From Nitrospirota bacterium (lineage in GTDB: Bacteria > Nitrospirota > Thermodesulfovibrionia > Thermodesulfovibrionales > Dissulfurispiraceae): a stretch of DNA of 64,000 bases. Below are positions 30,206-40,647 of the stretch, piece after piece (the first letter of the stretch is position 1; the number at the start of each line of letters is the position of its first letter). A program made the translations under genes and the position numbers. The stretch covers positions 672,001 through 736,000 of the forward strand of contig CAWBMP010000004.1 in assembly GCA_963790025.1 (NCBI GenBank). Direction: 5' to 3'. Below the pieces are notes generated by a model. The model saw only the letters and a program-made list of their open reading frames with translations, was not told the origin of the DNA and did no database searches.

Positions 30206-31465
30206 TTAGAGTCCGAGTGCCTCAGGTGTGCTTATTTTTCCGAGCACGGCAGTTGCAGCCGCAACAGCAGGATTCGAGAGATACACTTCACTCTCCGGGT
30301 GCCCCATCCTGCCCACAAAATTTCTATTGGTGGTTGCCAGTGCCCTTTCACCTTTGGCAAGGACACCCATATGTCCGCCGAGGCACGGCCCGCAGGTCGG
30401 CGTTGAAACCGCTGCTTCAGCCTCAATAAAAATATCCAGAAGTCCCTCTTTCATGGCCTGCCTGTAAATCTGCTGCGTTGCTGGAAATATGATCATCCTG
30501 ACGTTCGGGTTGACTTTTCTGCCCTTGAGTATCTGTGCAGCCTCGCGCAAGTCTTCAAGCCTGCCGTTTGTGCATGAGCCCACCACTACCTGATCTATAG
30601 TAATATGTGAGAGTTCTGCCGCAGGTTTCGCATTTGAAGGCAGGTGCGGACATGCCACAGTCAACGGAATGCGGGAACAATCATATTCCCTTATTTCTAT
30701 GTAATGCGCGTCAGAGTCGGACTTGTAAAGTGTATATGGACGCCTCGCCCTTCCCTTCACGTACTCCTCTGTTATTGCATCGGGGACAATAATGCCGTTT
30801 TTCCCTCCGGCTTCTATCGCCATATTGCACATAGTGAGTCTTCCGGACATTGAAAGGGTACTGATAGCTTCTCCTTCAAACTCCATTGCCCTGTATAATG
30901 CTCCGTCAACGCCTATGTCACCTATGGTATGCAGAATCAGGTCCTTTCCACTCACCCATTTATTAAGTTTTCCGTAGTAGATGAATTTCATAGATTCCGG
31001 GACCTTGAACCAGCATTCACCGGTTGACATGGCAGCAGCGACATCTGTAGAGCCAACGCCGGTTGCAAAAGCCCCGAGTGCTCCATAGGTGCAGGTATGG
31101 CTGTCGGCTCCAATAACCAAATCACCGGGTCCGACAAGTCCCTGTTCAGGAAGGAACGCATGCTCGATACCCATTCTCCCGACCTCAAAATAGAGGCCCA
31201 GGTCCTGCTCTCTTGAAAATTCCCTCAGCAGTTTGCACTGTTCAGCAGCCTTGATGTCCTTCTGCGGGGTAAAATGGTCAGGGACAAGCGCTACACGGTC
31301 TTTGTTAAAAACATGCTTTGCCCCAGTCTTTTTGAATTCCTGTATGGCAATAGGCGCCGTAATGTCATTGGCAAGGATGAGGTCCACCTTCCCATTCATT
31401 AATTCTCCGGCTGTAACGGACTTTTTCCCGGCATGCGCCGCAAGTATCTTCTCTGTGATGGTCAT
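30206..31465 (-). CDS. leuC: 3-isopropylmalate dehydratase large subunit
   Basis: [46 protein letters not shown]. Confidence 0.95.
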   Translation of the reverse strand: MTITEKILAAHAGKKSVTAGELMNGKVDLILANDITAPIAIQEFKKTGAKHVFNKDRVALVPDHFTPQKDIKAAEQCKLLREFSREQDLGLYFEVGRMGIEHAFLPEQGLVGPGDLVIGADSHTCTYGALGAFATGVGSTDVAAAMSTGECWFKVPESMKFIYYGKLNKWVSGKDLILHTIGDIGVDGALYRAMEFEGEAISTLSMSGRLTMCNMAIEAGGKNGIIVPDAITEEYVKGRARRPYTLYKSDSDAHYIEIREYDCSRIPLTVACPHLPSNAKPAAELSHITIDQVVVGSCTNGRLEDLREAAQILKGRKVNPNVRMIIFPATQQIYRQAMKEGLLDIFIEAEAAVSTPTCGPCLGGHMGVLAKGERALATTNRNFVGRMGHPESEVYLSNPAVAAATAVLGKISTPEALGL

Positions 31466-31547
31466 GTTCCCTCCCGGAATCATAAATGTTGAATATATAT
31501 TATATATTTACTTCAAAAACGTTGACAAGAGATGTGATGGACGAGGG

Positions 31548-31934
31548 TCAATCGCCAAGGTTCTTCAGCTCAGCTGGCAGCCTTTTCGGCCTGCCTTCCC
31601 TGTCAATACAGGCAAAGGTCACATACGCCTCAACTAGAACAATACCGCTCCCGAAAACAAGGTTTTTAAGAATAACGGAAGCTTTTTTCATCTCGGCTAT
31701 CTCGGTGGTAATATCGATGGTCTCTCCCAATCTTGCAGGTCTTTTATAATGGATATCAACATGAGTTACAACGAAAAAAAGCCCCTGATTATGCCATTCT
31801 GCAACGTTGATACCGTGGTTCAGAAGAAACTCGGTCCGTGCCCTTTCGAGGTAGCGCAGATAATTGCCATAGTATACCACCCCTCCGGCATCCGTATCTT
31901 CATAATAGATTTTTACACTGATCTGGTGTGCCAC
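31548..31934 (-). CDS. YbgC/FadM family acyl-CoA thioesterase
   Basis: IYYEDTDAGGVVYYGNYLRYLERARTE; GTG start with GGAGGAG RBS. Confidence 0.9.
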   Translation of the reverse strand: MAHQISVKIYYEDTDAGGVVYYGNYLRYLERARTEFLLNHGINVAEWHNQGLFFVVTHVDIHYKRPARLGETIDITTEIAEMKKASVILKNLVFGSGIVLVEAYVTFACIDREGRPKRLPAELKNLGD

Positions 31935-31978
31935 TTTCTCCTCCCTCAAACGACGATTATTATTCTTGCAGAAGACCG

Positions 31979-32038
31979 CAGGAAAAAGAAAGTGACAAAT
32001 TAGGACAAAATACCCAAAGAAATAGGAACTTCTTCCAA
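31979..32038 (+). promoter_or_regulatory. Phased operator array (three sites, 22-bp period) upstream of the Hmc-like operon
   Basis: CAGGA at 31979, TAGGACAAAATACCCA at 32001, TAGGAACTTCTTCCAA at 32023. Confidence 0.6.
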
Positions 32039-32107
32039 TTTCACTTATGACGCCCGTTTGGTATTCTAAAGTTAATAAAACATCCATACGATGAAAGGAG
32101 AGAAGAT

Positions 32108-32497
32108 ATGCACACACTGTTTGATTTCATAACACAGGTAAAGAAAATTGAGTACCTTGCATCCATCTCTTTTATTGCAGGATACCTGCTTCTATGGGAA
32201 ATCCTGAAACCGAAGCCGTTCAGCTCACTCGCGCAGGCGGGGAAGGAGGACATCGAACATCTCAGAACAATTGGTCGCGGGCAATTCTTCAAATCAGTGC
32301 AAAGGGTAATTGCGGCGCCCTTCATAGTGCTGGCGTACATTGTTATCCTGCCGTTCGGGTTTTTCTATGCCCTCACTTCAACTGTCCTCGGCAGCGCATT
32401 GAGATTTGCGGGCAGGGAAGCGTTTTTCGGATGGAGACCGTCGGAAGCATACCTGTCCGGGAAAAAAGAAAAAGGGAAAGAAAGCGGCAGGAAATGA
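32108..32497 (+). CDS. Small membrane protein with HmcD-like N-terminus
   Basis: MHTLFDFITQVKKIEYL...; C-terminal FGWRPSEAYLSGKK motif shared with 40648 and 41071. Confidence 0.7.
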   Translation: MHTLFDFITQVKKIEYLASISFIAGYLLLWEILKPKPFSSLAQAGKEDIEHLRTIGRGQFFKSVQRVIAAPFIVLAYIVILPFGFFYALTSTVLGSALRFAGREAFFGWRPSEAYLSGKKEKGKESGRK

Positions 32498-32985
32498 AGA
32501 ACATAACTTTTCTCTTAAACAAAAAGTTCATGATTGTATTGTTTCTGCTGGCTGCCGTCTTTTCCTTCGGTCCGCTCCAGGCGGCCCCTGCTGAAAAAGT
32601 ACCCAAAATGATCACGCTTGACAGTCTGAAAGACAAATACGGCGCGGTCCATTTCAACCACTCCGAACATGTTTCTCTTGCAGGAGACTGCGGAAAATGC
32701 CATCACCAGCACGGTAGCAACAGCTCCCTTCCCTGCAAAGAATGCCACTCCCTTTCACCGGAGCAGTTCAGAAAGAGCGTCATCAACACCTTTATTGCCT
32801 GCAGGAACTGTCACGACGCTCCAGACCGGTCGAATCCCGGGATGCCGGGCCTGAAAGCCGCTTACCATGAAAAGTGCTTTCAATGCCACAGGGGCATGGC
32901 TGGTATCGGAGATGACCCGAAGGCCTGCGCAGAGATGTGTCATGCAAAGAGAGAGCAGCCCATAAGCAAACGGGCCGGCAACTGA
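32494..32985 (+). CDS. Class III (c3-type) multiheme cytochrome c
   Basis: Signal peptide; FNHSEH; four CXXCH (CGKCH, CKECH, CRNCH, CFQCH) plus CAEMCH. Confidence 0.9.
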   Translation: MKNITFLLNKKFMIVLFLLAAVFSFGPLQAAPAEKVPKMITLDSLKDKYGAVHFNHSEHVSLAGDCGKCHHQHGSNSSLPCKECHSLSPEQFRKSVINTFIACRNCHDAPDRSNPGMPGLKAAYHEKCFQCHRGMAGIGDDPKACAEMCHAKREQPISKRAGN

Positions 32986-32996
32986 AAGGAGGAATT

Positions 32997-33953
32997 ATGG
33001 CACTCAAACCAGACAAATCAAAGGAAACGCCCGGGGAGGCGGGTCCTTCAATACATAATTTACAATTGACCAGAAGAAAATTCCTGGGTACGGCTGCCGC
33101 CATTGGCGGCACGGCCCTTGTGGCCAGCTATCCTGCAACATCCGCTGCGAGGGAATTTAAAGGCTGGCCCGAAGGGTTCGGCTGTCTCACCGATCTTTCC
33201 GCCTGTGTGGGATGCAGAAGCTGCGAGGCGGCGTGCAACAAACAGAACAACCTTCCCGCTCCTAAAGTTGACTTCGATGATAAAACCGTTTTCAATGAAC
33301 AGCGAAGACCGACCACTTCAGCTTACACGGTGGTCAATCAGTATAAAAACCCCAAAGATGCGGAAAAACCCATTTATCGCAAAGTACAGTGTAATCACTG
33401 TCTTGAACCGGCGTGCGCAACAGCCTGCCCGGTGCATGCCTACTCGAAAACACCGGAGGGGGCGGTTCTGTATGACGTTAACAAGTGTTTTGGATGCCGC
33501 TACTGCATGGTTGCGTGCCCCTTCCTTGTGCCTGCTTACGATTATGAAAGCGCCCTGGAGCCGAAGATAGTAAAATGCGTCATGTGCCATGACAAAGTCG
33601 TGAAGGGGGGAATTCCAGCCTGCGCCGAGGCCTGTCCTGTGGGGGCCATAACCTTTGGAAAGAGGGACGACTTAATAACCATTGCACGGGAAAAGATCAA
33701 GAATCAACCTGACCGGTATATTCATCATATATACGGTGAACATGAGGTGGGAGGCACGAGCTGGATGTACATATCGGGCGTACCCTTTGAACAGATCGGG
33801 TTCCCGACAAACCTGCCGGAAACTCCGCTTCTCGAGCAGACAAAGGGGTTCCTCTCTACAGTGCCGCTTGTCTTTACAGTGTGGCCGGCCCTTTTCGGCA
33901 TGTGCTACGCTGCCTTGCGCCACAGGGAAGGCAATGACGAGGAGGTAAAATAA
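32997..33953 (+). CDS. Tat-exported 4Fe-4S ferredoxin subunit (HmcB/HybA-like)
   Basis: TRRKFL Tat motif; four Cys clusters; YGEHEVGGT; C-terminal TM. Confidence 0.9.
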   Translation: MALKPDKSKETPGEAGPSIHNLQLTRRKFLGTAAAIGGTALVASYPATSAAREFKGWPEGFGCLTDLSACVGCRSCEAACNKQNNLPAPKVDFDDKTVFNEQRRPTTSAYTVVNQYKNPKDAEKPIYRKVQCNHCLEPACATACPVHAYSKTPEGAVLYDVNKCFGCRYCMVACPFLVPAYDYESALEPKIVKCVMCHDKVVKGGIPACAEACPVGAITFGKRDDLITIAREKIKNQPDRYIHHIYGEHEVGGTSWMYISGVPFEQIGFPTNLPETPLLEQTKGFLSTVPLVFTVWPALFGMCYAALRHREGNDEEVK

Positions 33954-35188
33954 TGGGCAACGGATATGCAATAAAAACAGAAGACTTCCGGTCCCGCTTC
34001 ATGAACAAATTACTTATGGGAATGACCTGGCCCGAGTATATGAACAGCCTCGTGACCCCCTTTAATATTATTGCCGCGCTCATACTGAGCGTAGGGCTTC
34101 CACTTATTGCGGTCCGCTTCATCTTCGGCCTCTACACCGTAACCCATGCATCAAACGAATACCCATGGGGTCTATTCCTCGGCTGGGGCCTTTTCGGAGG
34201 CGTACCCCTTTCGGCAACTGGATTTGTAATGGCTACCGCCTACTACATTTTCGGGTTCAAAAGGTATCACCCCCTCGTCAGACTGGGGGTCCTTACCGGC
34301 TTACTGGGCTATTTATTTGCAGTCATATATCTTCTCATCGACCTTGGACGGCCCTGGCGTATCTACTATCCCATGGCAATCGGCTTCGGAACGACCTCTG
34401 TGCTGTTTTTGGTGGCCTGGCACGTGAGCACTTATCTTACGGTCCAACTGCTCGAATTCAGTCCCGCCATACTGGAATGGCTCAAGTCGCAGAGGATGCG
34501 GAGATGGGCAACGAGGATAACGATCGGCATGACTATCGCCGGCATCATCCTTTCAACGCTCCACCAGTCCGCACTCGGCGCCATGTTCCTGCTTGCGCCG
34601 GGCAAGCTGCACCCGCTCTGGTATTCCCCATACATTCCTGTATTCTTCCTTACTTCCAGCATTTACGCAGCCCTGGCAATGGTGATCGTTGTGAGCACTC
34701 TGGCAGTCCGGTTCCTGAGAAGCCGGGCGGACCATGTATTCCTCGACAATATCGACCGCCTTACCCTCGGCCTGGGGAAAGGGGCAGCCGTCGGAATGTA
34801 TGTCTATTTTGCACTTAAATTAATCGGCGTTGCGCACGATGACAACTGGTCGCTCCTCGCCACGCCGTATGGCGCATGGTTTATTACCGAGGTCCTTGGG
34901 TTCGTCGTTCTCCCTGCCGTTATACTTACTCTCGGGGTAAAACGGAAAAGTACGGGTATCGTGCGGTTCGGCGCTTTCTACGCCGCAATCGGAATAGTGT
35001 TAAACCGGCTCAATATATCGATCATAACTTTTAACTGGAACCTGCCCGGCCATCTGCACCATATTATTCCGCCATGGCAGGAGGTAGCCGTCGTTATGGC
35101 AGTGGCGACTGTTCACGTGCTGCTATTCCGCTGGATATTGAACCGCATGCCGGTCCTCAGGGAAGATCCGGAGTATGCGCAGCATTAG
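33953..35188 (+). CDS. NrfD/PsrC family membrane anchor (HmcC/HybB-like)
   Basis: YPWGL, DLGRPWR, LSTLHQSALG, KLHPLWYS. Confidence 0.92.
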   Translation: MGNGYAIKTEDFRSRFMNKLLMGMTWPEYMNSLVTPFNIIAALILSVGLPLIAVRFIFGLYTVTHASNEYPWGLFLGWGLFGGVPLSATGFVMATAYYIFGFKRYHPLVRLGVLTGLLGYLFAVIYLLIDLGRPWRIYYPMAIGFGTTSVLFLVAWHVSTYLTVQLLEFSPAILEWLKSQRMRRWATRITIGMTIAGIILSTLHQSALGAMFLLAPGKLHPLWYSPYIPVFFLTSSIYAALAMVIVVSTLAVRFLRSRADHVFLDNIDRLTLGLGKGAAVGMYVYFALKLIGVAHDDNWSLLATPYGAWFITEVLGFVVLPAVILTLGVKRKSTGIVRFGAFYAAIGIVLNRLNISIITFNWNLPGHLHHIIPPWQEVAVVMAVATVHVLLFRWILNRMPVLREDPEYAQH

Positions 35189-35296
35189 GAGGGTAAAGGC
35201 GGCCCGCGATAAATATGTACTTGACAGGGGCAATACATACTAAGGTAAGGTTAAGAATTCCGGTCCTCTGCGCCTTTCAAGCCGGACAGGATTACG

Positions 35297-35956
35297 ATGA
35301 ATAAAATAACCGTTCTTATTGCCGATGATCATGCCTTGGTGAGGGAGGGAATCTCCGCATTCCTCAAAATGCACGGCGATATAGAGGTGGTTGGCGAAGC
35401 TTCGGACGGCATTGATGCAATCGATAAATGCAGGAAGCACAAGCCCGATGTCGTGCTGATGGATATATCGATGCCCAGACTGGGGGGCCTTGAAGCGACC
35501 GTCGAGATCAAGAAGGCGCAGCCAGAAATCAAAATACTTGTCCTCACGCAATACGATGATAAAGAATACATTGCGCGTTTTCTAAAAGCAGGGGTTTCCG
35601 GGTACCTGCTCAAAAAAGGGGTTGGAAGCGACTTGGTAACAGCGATCAGGGCGGTCAGCAAGGGAGAATGTTATCTTTTCCCATCCATTGCGTCTGAAGT
35701 GATATCAGGCTATCTCGGCACAGACAAAAAGCCGGATGTTCAGGACCCCTATGAAAGACTCACCGACAGGGAAAAACAGGTATTGAAACTGCTCGCAGAA
35801 GGACACACTCAGAAGGAAACAGCAGGCCTCCTGAACATCAGTGTAAAGACCGTTACCGCGCATCAAACTAATATCTCTGAAAAGCTTGAGCTCCACAGCC
35901 GTTCGGAACTGCTAAAATTCGCTATTCAAAAGGGGATCATAAAAATAGACCAATAG
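35297..35956 (+). CDS. NarL/LuxR family response regulator
   Basis: ADDH, LMDISMP, LTDREKQVL...ISVKTV. Confidence 0.95.
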   Translation: MNKITVLIADDHALVREGISAFLKMHGDIEVVGEASDGIDAIDKCRKHKPDVVLMDISMPRLGGLEATVEIKKAQPEIKILVLTQYDDKEYIARFLKAGVSGYLLKKGVGSDLVTAIRAVSKGECYLFPSIASEVISGYLGTDKKPDVQDPYERLTDREKQVLKLLAEGHTQKETAGLLNISVKTVTAHQTNISEKLELHSRSELLKFAIQKGIIKIDQ

Positions 35957-36015
35957 TGAGCTGCGTGCCGACGGTTGCAGGCGGATAGTCCCGTCATCGA
36001 ACCGTGTTGAACTGC

Positions 36016-37833
36016 TCATGCATTTTCAGCCTGGCCGTTCAACGGTATCTGAATGCATACTCTCGTACCCTCTCCCGGGACCGAGTGAACAAACAATTTC
36101 CCTCTCAAAAGCGAGGCCCTTTCTTTCATTCCAAGTATGCCCAAACCCCTCCCGCCTTCAACAGGACGGCCCATCAAAGCACAGACATCGAATCCTTCGC
36201 CATCATCCTCTACGGAAATTTCTACGGAAGACTCTCCCACATCCATGCAAACGAAAACATTTTCCGCATTTGCATGACGTCCTATATTGATTATCGTCTC
36301 CTGGAGTATCCTGAACAGTATTATTTCAACCTCCGGAGGCAACCTTCTCGCAATGGGTGATGCCATATCGAAATAATAGTTAATGCCCCTCTCCGTAAGA
36401 TGATTTTTCAGCAGCCACGTGATAGACGCATCTATCCCGAAGTCGTCAAGAATAGAAGGCCTAAGGTCCTTGATTACCCCATGGACATTATCCAGGGTTT
36501 CGATCACAATATCCCTCATTGCGTCTATTTTCTCGATAGTAACCTTTTCAGGTTCCAGCCTGCATATGTCCAGTTTTATCAAAAAGGCCGACACGTCCTG
36601 GAGAATCGTATCATGGACTTCGCGCGCTATCCTTGCCCTCTCCTCTTCCTGGGACGAAATGACCTTTTTCAACAGGTGCTTAATCCGTTGCCTGCTTTCC
36701 CTTATCTGTTCGGTCCTCTTTACGACACGGTCTTCCAGTTCCATATTCTGAGTTCTTATGCTCTCGAGGGACGCGGCGAGTTTTTTCCTCATATCGTCTA
36801 TGCTTTTGCTGAGCATCATTATCTCGTCACTGCCCAGTTTCCCGACCGGTGTAGAAAGATCGCCCGAAGCTATCTTGTTCGTGGATGACGTCAGCGACCT
36901 GAGGGGCCTCACTATGTTCATGCTTATGCCGACTGAAAAAACAATCGACGTCCCTATGAATATGAACACCAGTATGAAGAACATCCTCTTCAGGCCGATG
37001 GCGGGAGCAAATATATCTCGCTCAGCCTGTCCTACTATTACACCCCACCTGGCTACGCTTAAAGGAACAAAAGCAAGACGGTCTACCGGTTTCACCTTGG
37101 CATCAGGATGAGAAAAACCATGTCTGCATTCCAGTATCCCGTCCCTGCCTTCCATGATCATCCTGCTCAGCATGCCCTCATGATCATGGTGCTGAAACAA
37201 ACGCGATGCATTATCTGAAGCAACTACAATTTCGTTTGAGTCGATTATCTCGACATAACAATTAGCTCCGATCTTGCTGCTCTGCAGCAGCATATCGACA
37301 AAACGGTCCGCCGGACCGAGTATACCGCCCACAATACCGGTGATTTTCCCTTCGCTGTCCTTCAGGGGCGCCATTACGAATATCACCTTTCTATTGGTAG
37401 GTTCGATTGTATAGACGTTGGAGATCACCGGCTGTCCATCCCGGAGCACGCGGTTTACATCGTTTATGTAAGTAAGATTGGAAAAATACTGAAAACGAGG
37501 GGGATACGTCATCACTTCATTGCCGTGCACATCAAGAAGAAATACGCCGTCCGTGAAAAGCGAATATTTGTAAATGGTTTCGAGTACTCTTTTCTTCGAC
37601 TCCCGGTCTTTGTCCTTAAGATTAATCGTGCCCGCTACGGAAACGTCCTCCAGCTTGACAAGATTGCGGTTCAGGAAAAAGTCGACATTGTTCGCTACGG
37701 TCCTGGCAAGGGAAAGCCTGTCCTGCAGAGATCTTTGGATACTTTCATGGACTGCCAGGTCGCTGATTATGCCCAGCGTTACCGATATTAGAATAACATA
37801 AAAAATTACGGCAATGATTATCTTTTTCTGCAT
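36016..37833 (-). CDS. Sensor histidine kinase (Cache-HAMP-HisKA_3-HATPase)
   Basis: Two TM segments; EEERARIAREVHD, LRPSILDD, DDGEGF, GLGILGMKER. Confidence 0.95.
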   Translation of the reverse strand: MQKKIIIAVIFYVILISVTLGIISDLAVHESIQRSLQDRLSLARTVANNVDFFLNRNLVKLEDVSVAGTINLKDKDRESKKRVLETIYKYSLFTDGVFLLDVHGNEVMTYPPRFQYFSNLTYINDVNRVLRDGQPVISNVYTIEPTNRKVIFVMAPLKDSEGKITGIVGGILGPADRFVDMLLQSSKIGANCYVEIIDSNEIVVASDNASRLFQHHDHEGMLSRMIMEGRDGILECRHGFSHPDAKVKPVDRLAFVPLSVARWGVIVGQAERDIFAPAIGLKRMFFILVFIFIGTSIVFSVGISMNIVRPLRSLTSSTNKIASGDLSTPVGKLGSDEIMMLSKSIDDMRKKLAASLESIRTQNMELEDRVVKRTEQIRESRQRIKHLLKKVISSQEEERARIAREVHDTILQDVSAFLIKLDICRLEPEKVTIEKIDAMRDIVIETLDNVHGVIKDLRPSILDDFGIDASITWLLKNHLTERGINYYFDMASPIARRLPPEVEIILFRILQETIINIGRHANAENVFVCMDVGESSVEISVEDDGEGFDVCALMGRPVEGGRGLGILGMKERASLLRGKLFVHSVPGEGTRVCIQIPLNGQAENA

Positions 37834-37889
37834 CTATTATTAACATACCGCATAACGGACCTGTTCTGTCAACGCGCCCTGTTAATACT

Positions 37890-38204
37890 TCATTCCCTTT
37901 CCTCGGACGTAGCCTTTACCACTTTCAGCGAATCGATTGCGAGGCCTATGAGCCATCCGATTATCATTGAGCCCCCAACAAAAACAATACCGAAAACAAA
38001 AATGCCTACGATCATCGAGATACTTACAATAAGCCTGGGAAGCACTGCAGAAGTCACTGGAAAGCCGAACAGACTTCCGGCGATATTAAGTCCGGCTATC
38101 CCGCCTATGAATGAGCCGTACAGCAGGCCTACAACTGCAAAGAGAACGAGTCCGGCGCCGGCGCCCACGAGGGCGGTCTTTTTCGTCGCACTGCCTGTTT
38201 CCAC
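37890..38204 (-). CDS. Gly-rich small membrane protein
   Basis: GAGAGLVLFAVVGLLYGSFIGG; GTG start with AGGAGG RBS. Confidence 0.75.
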   Translation of the reverse strand: METGSATKKTALVGAGAGLVLFAVVGLLYGSFIGGIAGLNIAGSLFGFPVTSAVLPRLIVSISMIVGIFVFGIVFVGGSMIIGWLIGLAIDSLKVVKATSEERE

Positions 38205-38258
38205 CTTTTGCCTCCTTTCTTAAAAGAGATGACACGGGGACGCCACCCTTTCTCCGCA

Positions 38259-38927
38259 TCATGTTTGATCCTCTTGTTTCTTGAATCCGGTAAATATGCT
38301 TTTGTCCAAAGGAAAAACTTCCGGGTTGAATATGGAATCATACATATGCCATATGCCCATCAGAAGGAAAATCAGCATCGCATCGTTGGTGTGGATGACC
38401 TTTGAAACAGGGATAAATTGTCCCGGCAGGTATTTCGTCGCAATTACCGGGAACCAAAGGACAAACCCCGTAATGATCATATGGACGCCCCCTAGGAGTA
38501 TTAACCAATAGATAAATTTTTCCTTGTAGTTGTATCTGCCGCTCATTACCGGCCTGCCGACCATCCCCAGGCAATACTTGATGTTTTGAAGGGTATCCTG
38601 GAAATCTTTGACGGTAATAAGCATCGAGGGCTCCCAGCCCAGGAAAACTACGCCGATAAAAGCTGTGAGTATGTGCTGCACGACAAGCACTGTGAAAATG
38701 ACAGCAGCGATATGATGTATGGACCTTACGCTGTCGATGCCGCCCAGTGAGGCTATGACAAACTGGGAAACGCTTAATAAGTAGAACTTTTGCGGGAGCC
38801 CTGTTATCGCCAGTGTCATAAAAAGCGCGATCAGGGCAAGGTGCTCAATGATCCGCCCCGTGCCGAACTTCCTGAAACGTTCCTTCCCGCCGCTTTCTTC
38901 GTTGACCGACACTTTGCCGGATTCCAT
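38259..38927 (-). CDS. Cytochrome b subunit (FdnI/Ni-hydrogenase b-type)
   Basis: EH...TGLPQK, IHH, GRYNYKEKFIYW, IH...WHMY; start at MESGK. Confidence 0.85.
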   Translation of the reverse strand: MESGKVSVNEESGGKERFRKFGTGRIIEHLALIALFMTLAITGLPQKFYLLSVSQFVIASLGGIDSVRSIHHIAAVIFTVLVVQHILTAFIGVVFLGWEPSMLITVKDFQDTLQNIKYCLGMVGRPVMSGRYNYKEKFIYWLILLGGVHMIITGFVLWFPVIATKYLPGQFIPVSKVIHTNDAMLIFLLMGIWHMYDSIFNPEVFPLDKSIFTGFKKQEDQT

Positions 38928-38938
38928 ATGGTCCTTCC

Positions 38939-40591
38939 TTACCTGTTCGCCAGGTACCGCCAGATATGCAGCAGTATCTGGAACAGCACTCCCGCTACCA
39001 TGAGCGGCATCATGATTTTGTAAAATTCTTCTGCGATAAAAACAAAAGGCGCCACCCTGAGGCTCGGCTTGTAGTGGGAAAGCCATGCGTCGGGAAAGTT
39101 AGCGGACGCGTTGCTATGGCACTTCTGGCATCGTTTCAGCAACTTATTCTTCACCACCGGTATGTCAGCGCCCATAACAGCGGCGATTTCGTGCGTGCCG
39201 TGGCAGTCCGTGCATACGGCCATCGGCGGCTCAGGCCGGTAGTTTTTCTGCGGCTCTTTCCGGTGAAGACCGAGGGTCATGCCGTGAAAATCCGAAAGAT
39301 AGGTCTTGACCACCGCAGTGGACAGACCGTATTTGCCCATGAGCTGAGCGTTGGAATGACATTTCGCGCACATATCGGGTATGGAGTCATGAAAATCCGC
39401 TGATAAGGGCCTCTTGACTTTGTGCGACGAATGGCAGTCGATGCAGATCGGCACGTCCTTATTGCTTTCGTTGAGGAGGGCCTTGCCGTGAACGCTCCTC
39501 GCGTAAACATCGTAGATTTTGCCATGGCACTTCCTGCATTTCATCACCACCAAAAGCCTGTTATTGCCGAGGGATGAAACCGCGTGCCCCCCATGGCAGT
39601 CTATGCATGTGGGGGCCTCCAGCCTCCCTGAGCTCAGCATATTGTAATGAATGCTTTCAGACACCATCGAATACTTGTCGAAATGGCACCGCCGGCAGAT
39701 TTCCGCCGAAGAAATCCGGTACTCCCGTTCGTACCTGAACCTTCTCTGCGGGTGGTTTTCTGCCGAGAAACCGAAGTGGCAGTCCGAACAGCCCAGGTCC
39801 CTGTGCGGCGAATTCCGGAGTTCGGAGATGTGTACTTGCAGCGACAGAGATTCCCTGGTGTTGAATACCATCTTTTTGTCCCTGGAGTGACAGCCCAGAC
39901 AGTATTTCTCCTCCGCCGCCGATGCGTTGCCCCCTATAACAGGGGTGACGGCATGAGCACTGTGGCAATTGGTGCAGACGACCGCCTCCCCGGCCTTTTC
40001 TTTTCTGAACAGGGTGTCATGGATGGCCACGGACCTGATGTCCCTCTCTTTATGACAGTCCCTGCAAACGTTCGACGCCTTTATCCGGTACTGAAGTTTA
40101 TTCCTGAACGACCTGTCGGGATGATGCTCGGCAGAGAACTCCCTGTGGCAGTCGGTACAGCGGAGCGTCCTGTGCACCGATAATTTAAATGCCTCGCGGT
40201 CCACATAAGTCGAAATGAAATCCCCGTTAGGGAATTTTTTCAGCGATCCCTTTTCCCCGTGGCATTTAAGGCAATGACTTGTTTCATCGTAATTAACGTT
40301 ACGCTCTGCCCCAAAAAGTTTATCAACTTTTCGGGGACCCTGCTCCTCTGCCCCAAAAAGTTTATCAACTTTTCGGGGACCCTGCTCCTCTGCCCCAAAA
40401 AGTTTATCAACTTTTCGGGGACCCTGCTCCTCTGCCCCAAAAAGTTTATCAACTTTTCGGGGACCCTGCTCCTCTGCCCCAAAAAGTTTATCAACTTTTC
40501 GGGGACCCTGCTCCTGGGCCATGGACGGCTGATAGGAAAGCGCGAGGCAGACAATAAGCACAAACCACGTCATAGACACAGCAGCCTTCAT
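38939..40591 (-). CDS. Multiheme cytochrome c with 13 CXXCH motifs, C-terminal TM and an N-terminal 5x14-aa repeat
   Basis: Counted CLKCH, CTDCH, CRDCH, CTNCH, CLGCH, CSDCH, CRRCH, CIDCH, CRKCH, CIDCH, CAKCH, CTDCH, CQKCH; signal peptide. Confidence 0.92.
   Translation of the reverse strand: MKAAVSMTWFVLIVCLALSYQPSMAQEQGPRKVDKLFGAEEQGPRKVDKLFGAEEQGPRKVDKLFGAEEQGPRKVDKLFGAEEQGPRKVDKLFGAERNVNYDETSHCLKCHGEKGSLKKFPNGDFISTYVDREAFKLSVHRTLRCTDCHREFSAEHHPDRSFRNKLQYRIKASNVCRDCHKERDIRSVAIHDTLFRKEKAGEAVVCTNCHSAHAVTPVIGGNASAAEEKYCLGCHSRDKKMVFNTRESLSLQVHISELRNSPHRDLGCSDCHFGFSAENHPQRRFRYEREYRISSAEICRRCHFDKYSMVSESIHYNMLSSGRLEAPTCIDCHGGHAVSSLGNNRLLVVMKCRKCHGKIYDVYARSVHGKALLNESNKDVPICIDCHSSHKVKRPLSADFHDSIPDMCAKCHSNAQLMGKYGLSTAVVKTYLSDFHGMTLGLHRKEPQKNYRPEPPMAVCTDCHGTHEIAAVMGADIPVVKNKLLKRCQKCHSNASANFPDAWLSHYKPSLRVAPFVFIAEEFYKIMMPLMVAGVLFQILLHIWRYLANR
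40304..40513. repeat. Five identical 42-bp tandem units, each with an internal palindrome
   Basis: Unit ctctgccccaaaaagtttatcaacttttcggggaccctgctc; internal IR CCCCAAAAAGTT-tatc-AACTTTTCGGGG (11/12). Confidence 0.97.
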
Positions 40592-40647
40592 GCCGCCCTC
40601 CTCATCAAACAAGCGATACGCTGCATCCCAAAGTATTTTTTTCTTTA

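Noticed and set aside
30085..30429. Plus-strand ORFs with heptamer-derived peptides, and other antisense ORFs across the window
   Set aside because: They are shadow frames overlapping well-supported genes or translations of repeats
40304..40513. CRISPR array
   Set aside because: The palindromic repeats have no unique spacers, lie in frame within a CDS, and there are no cas genes
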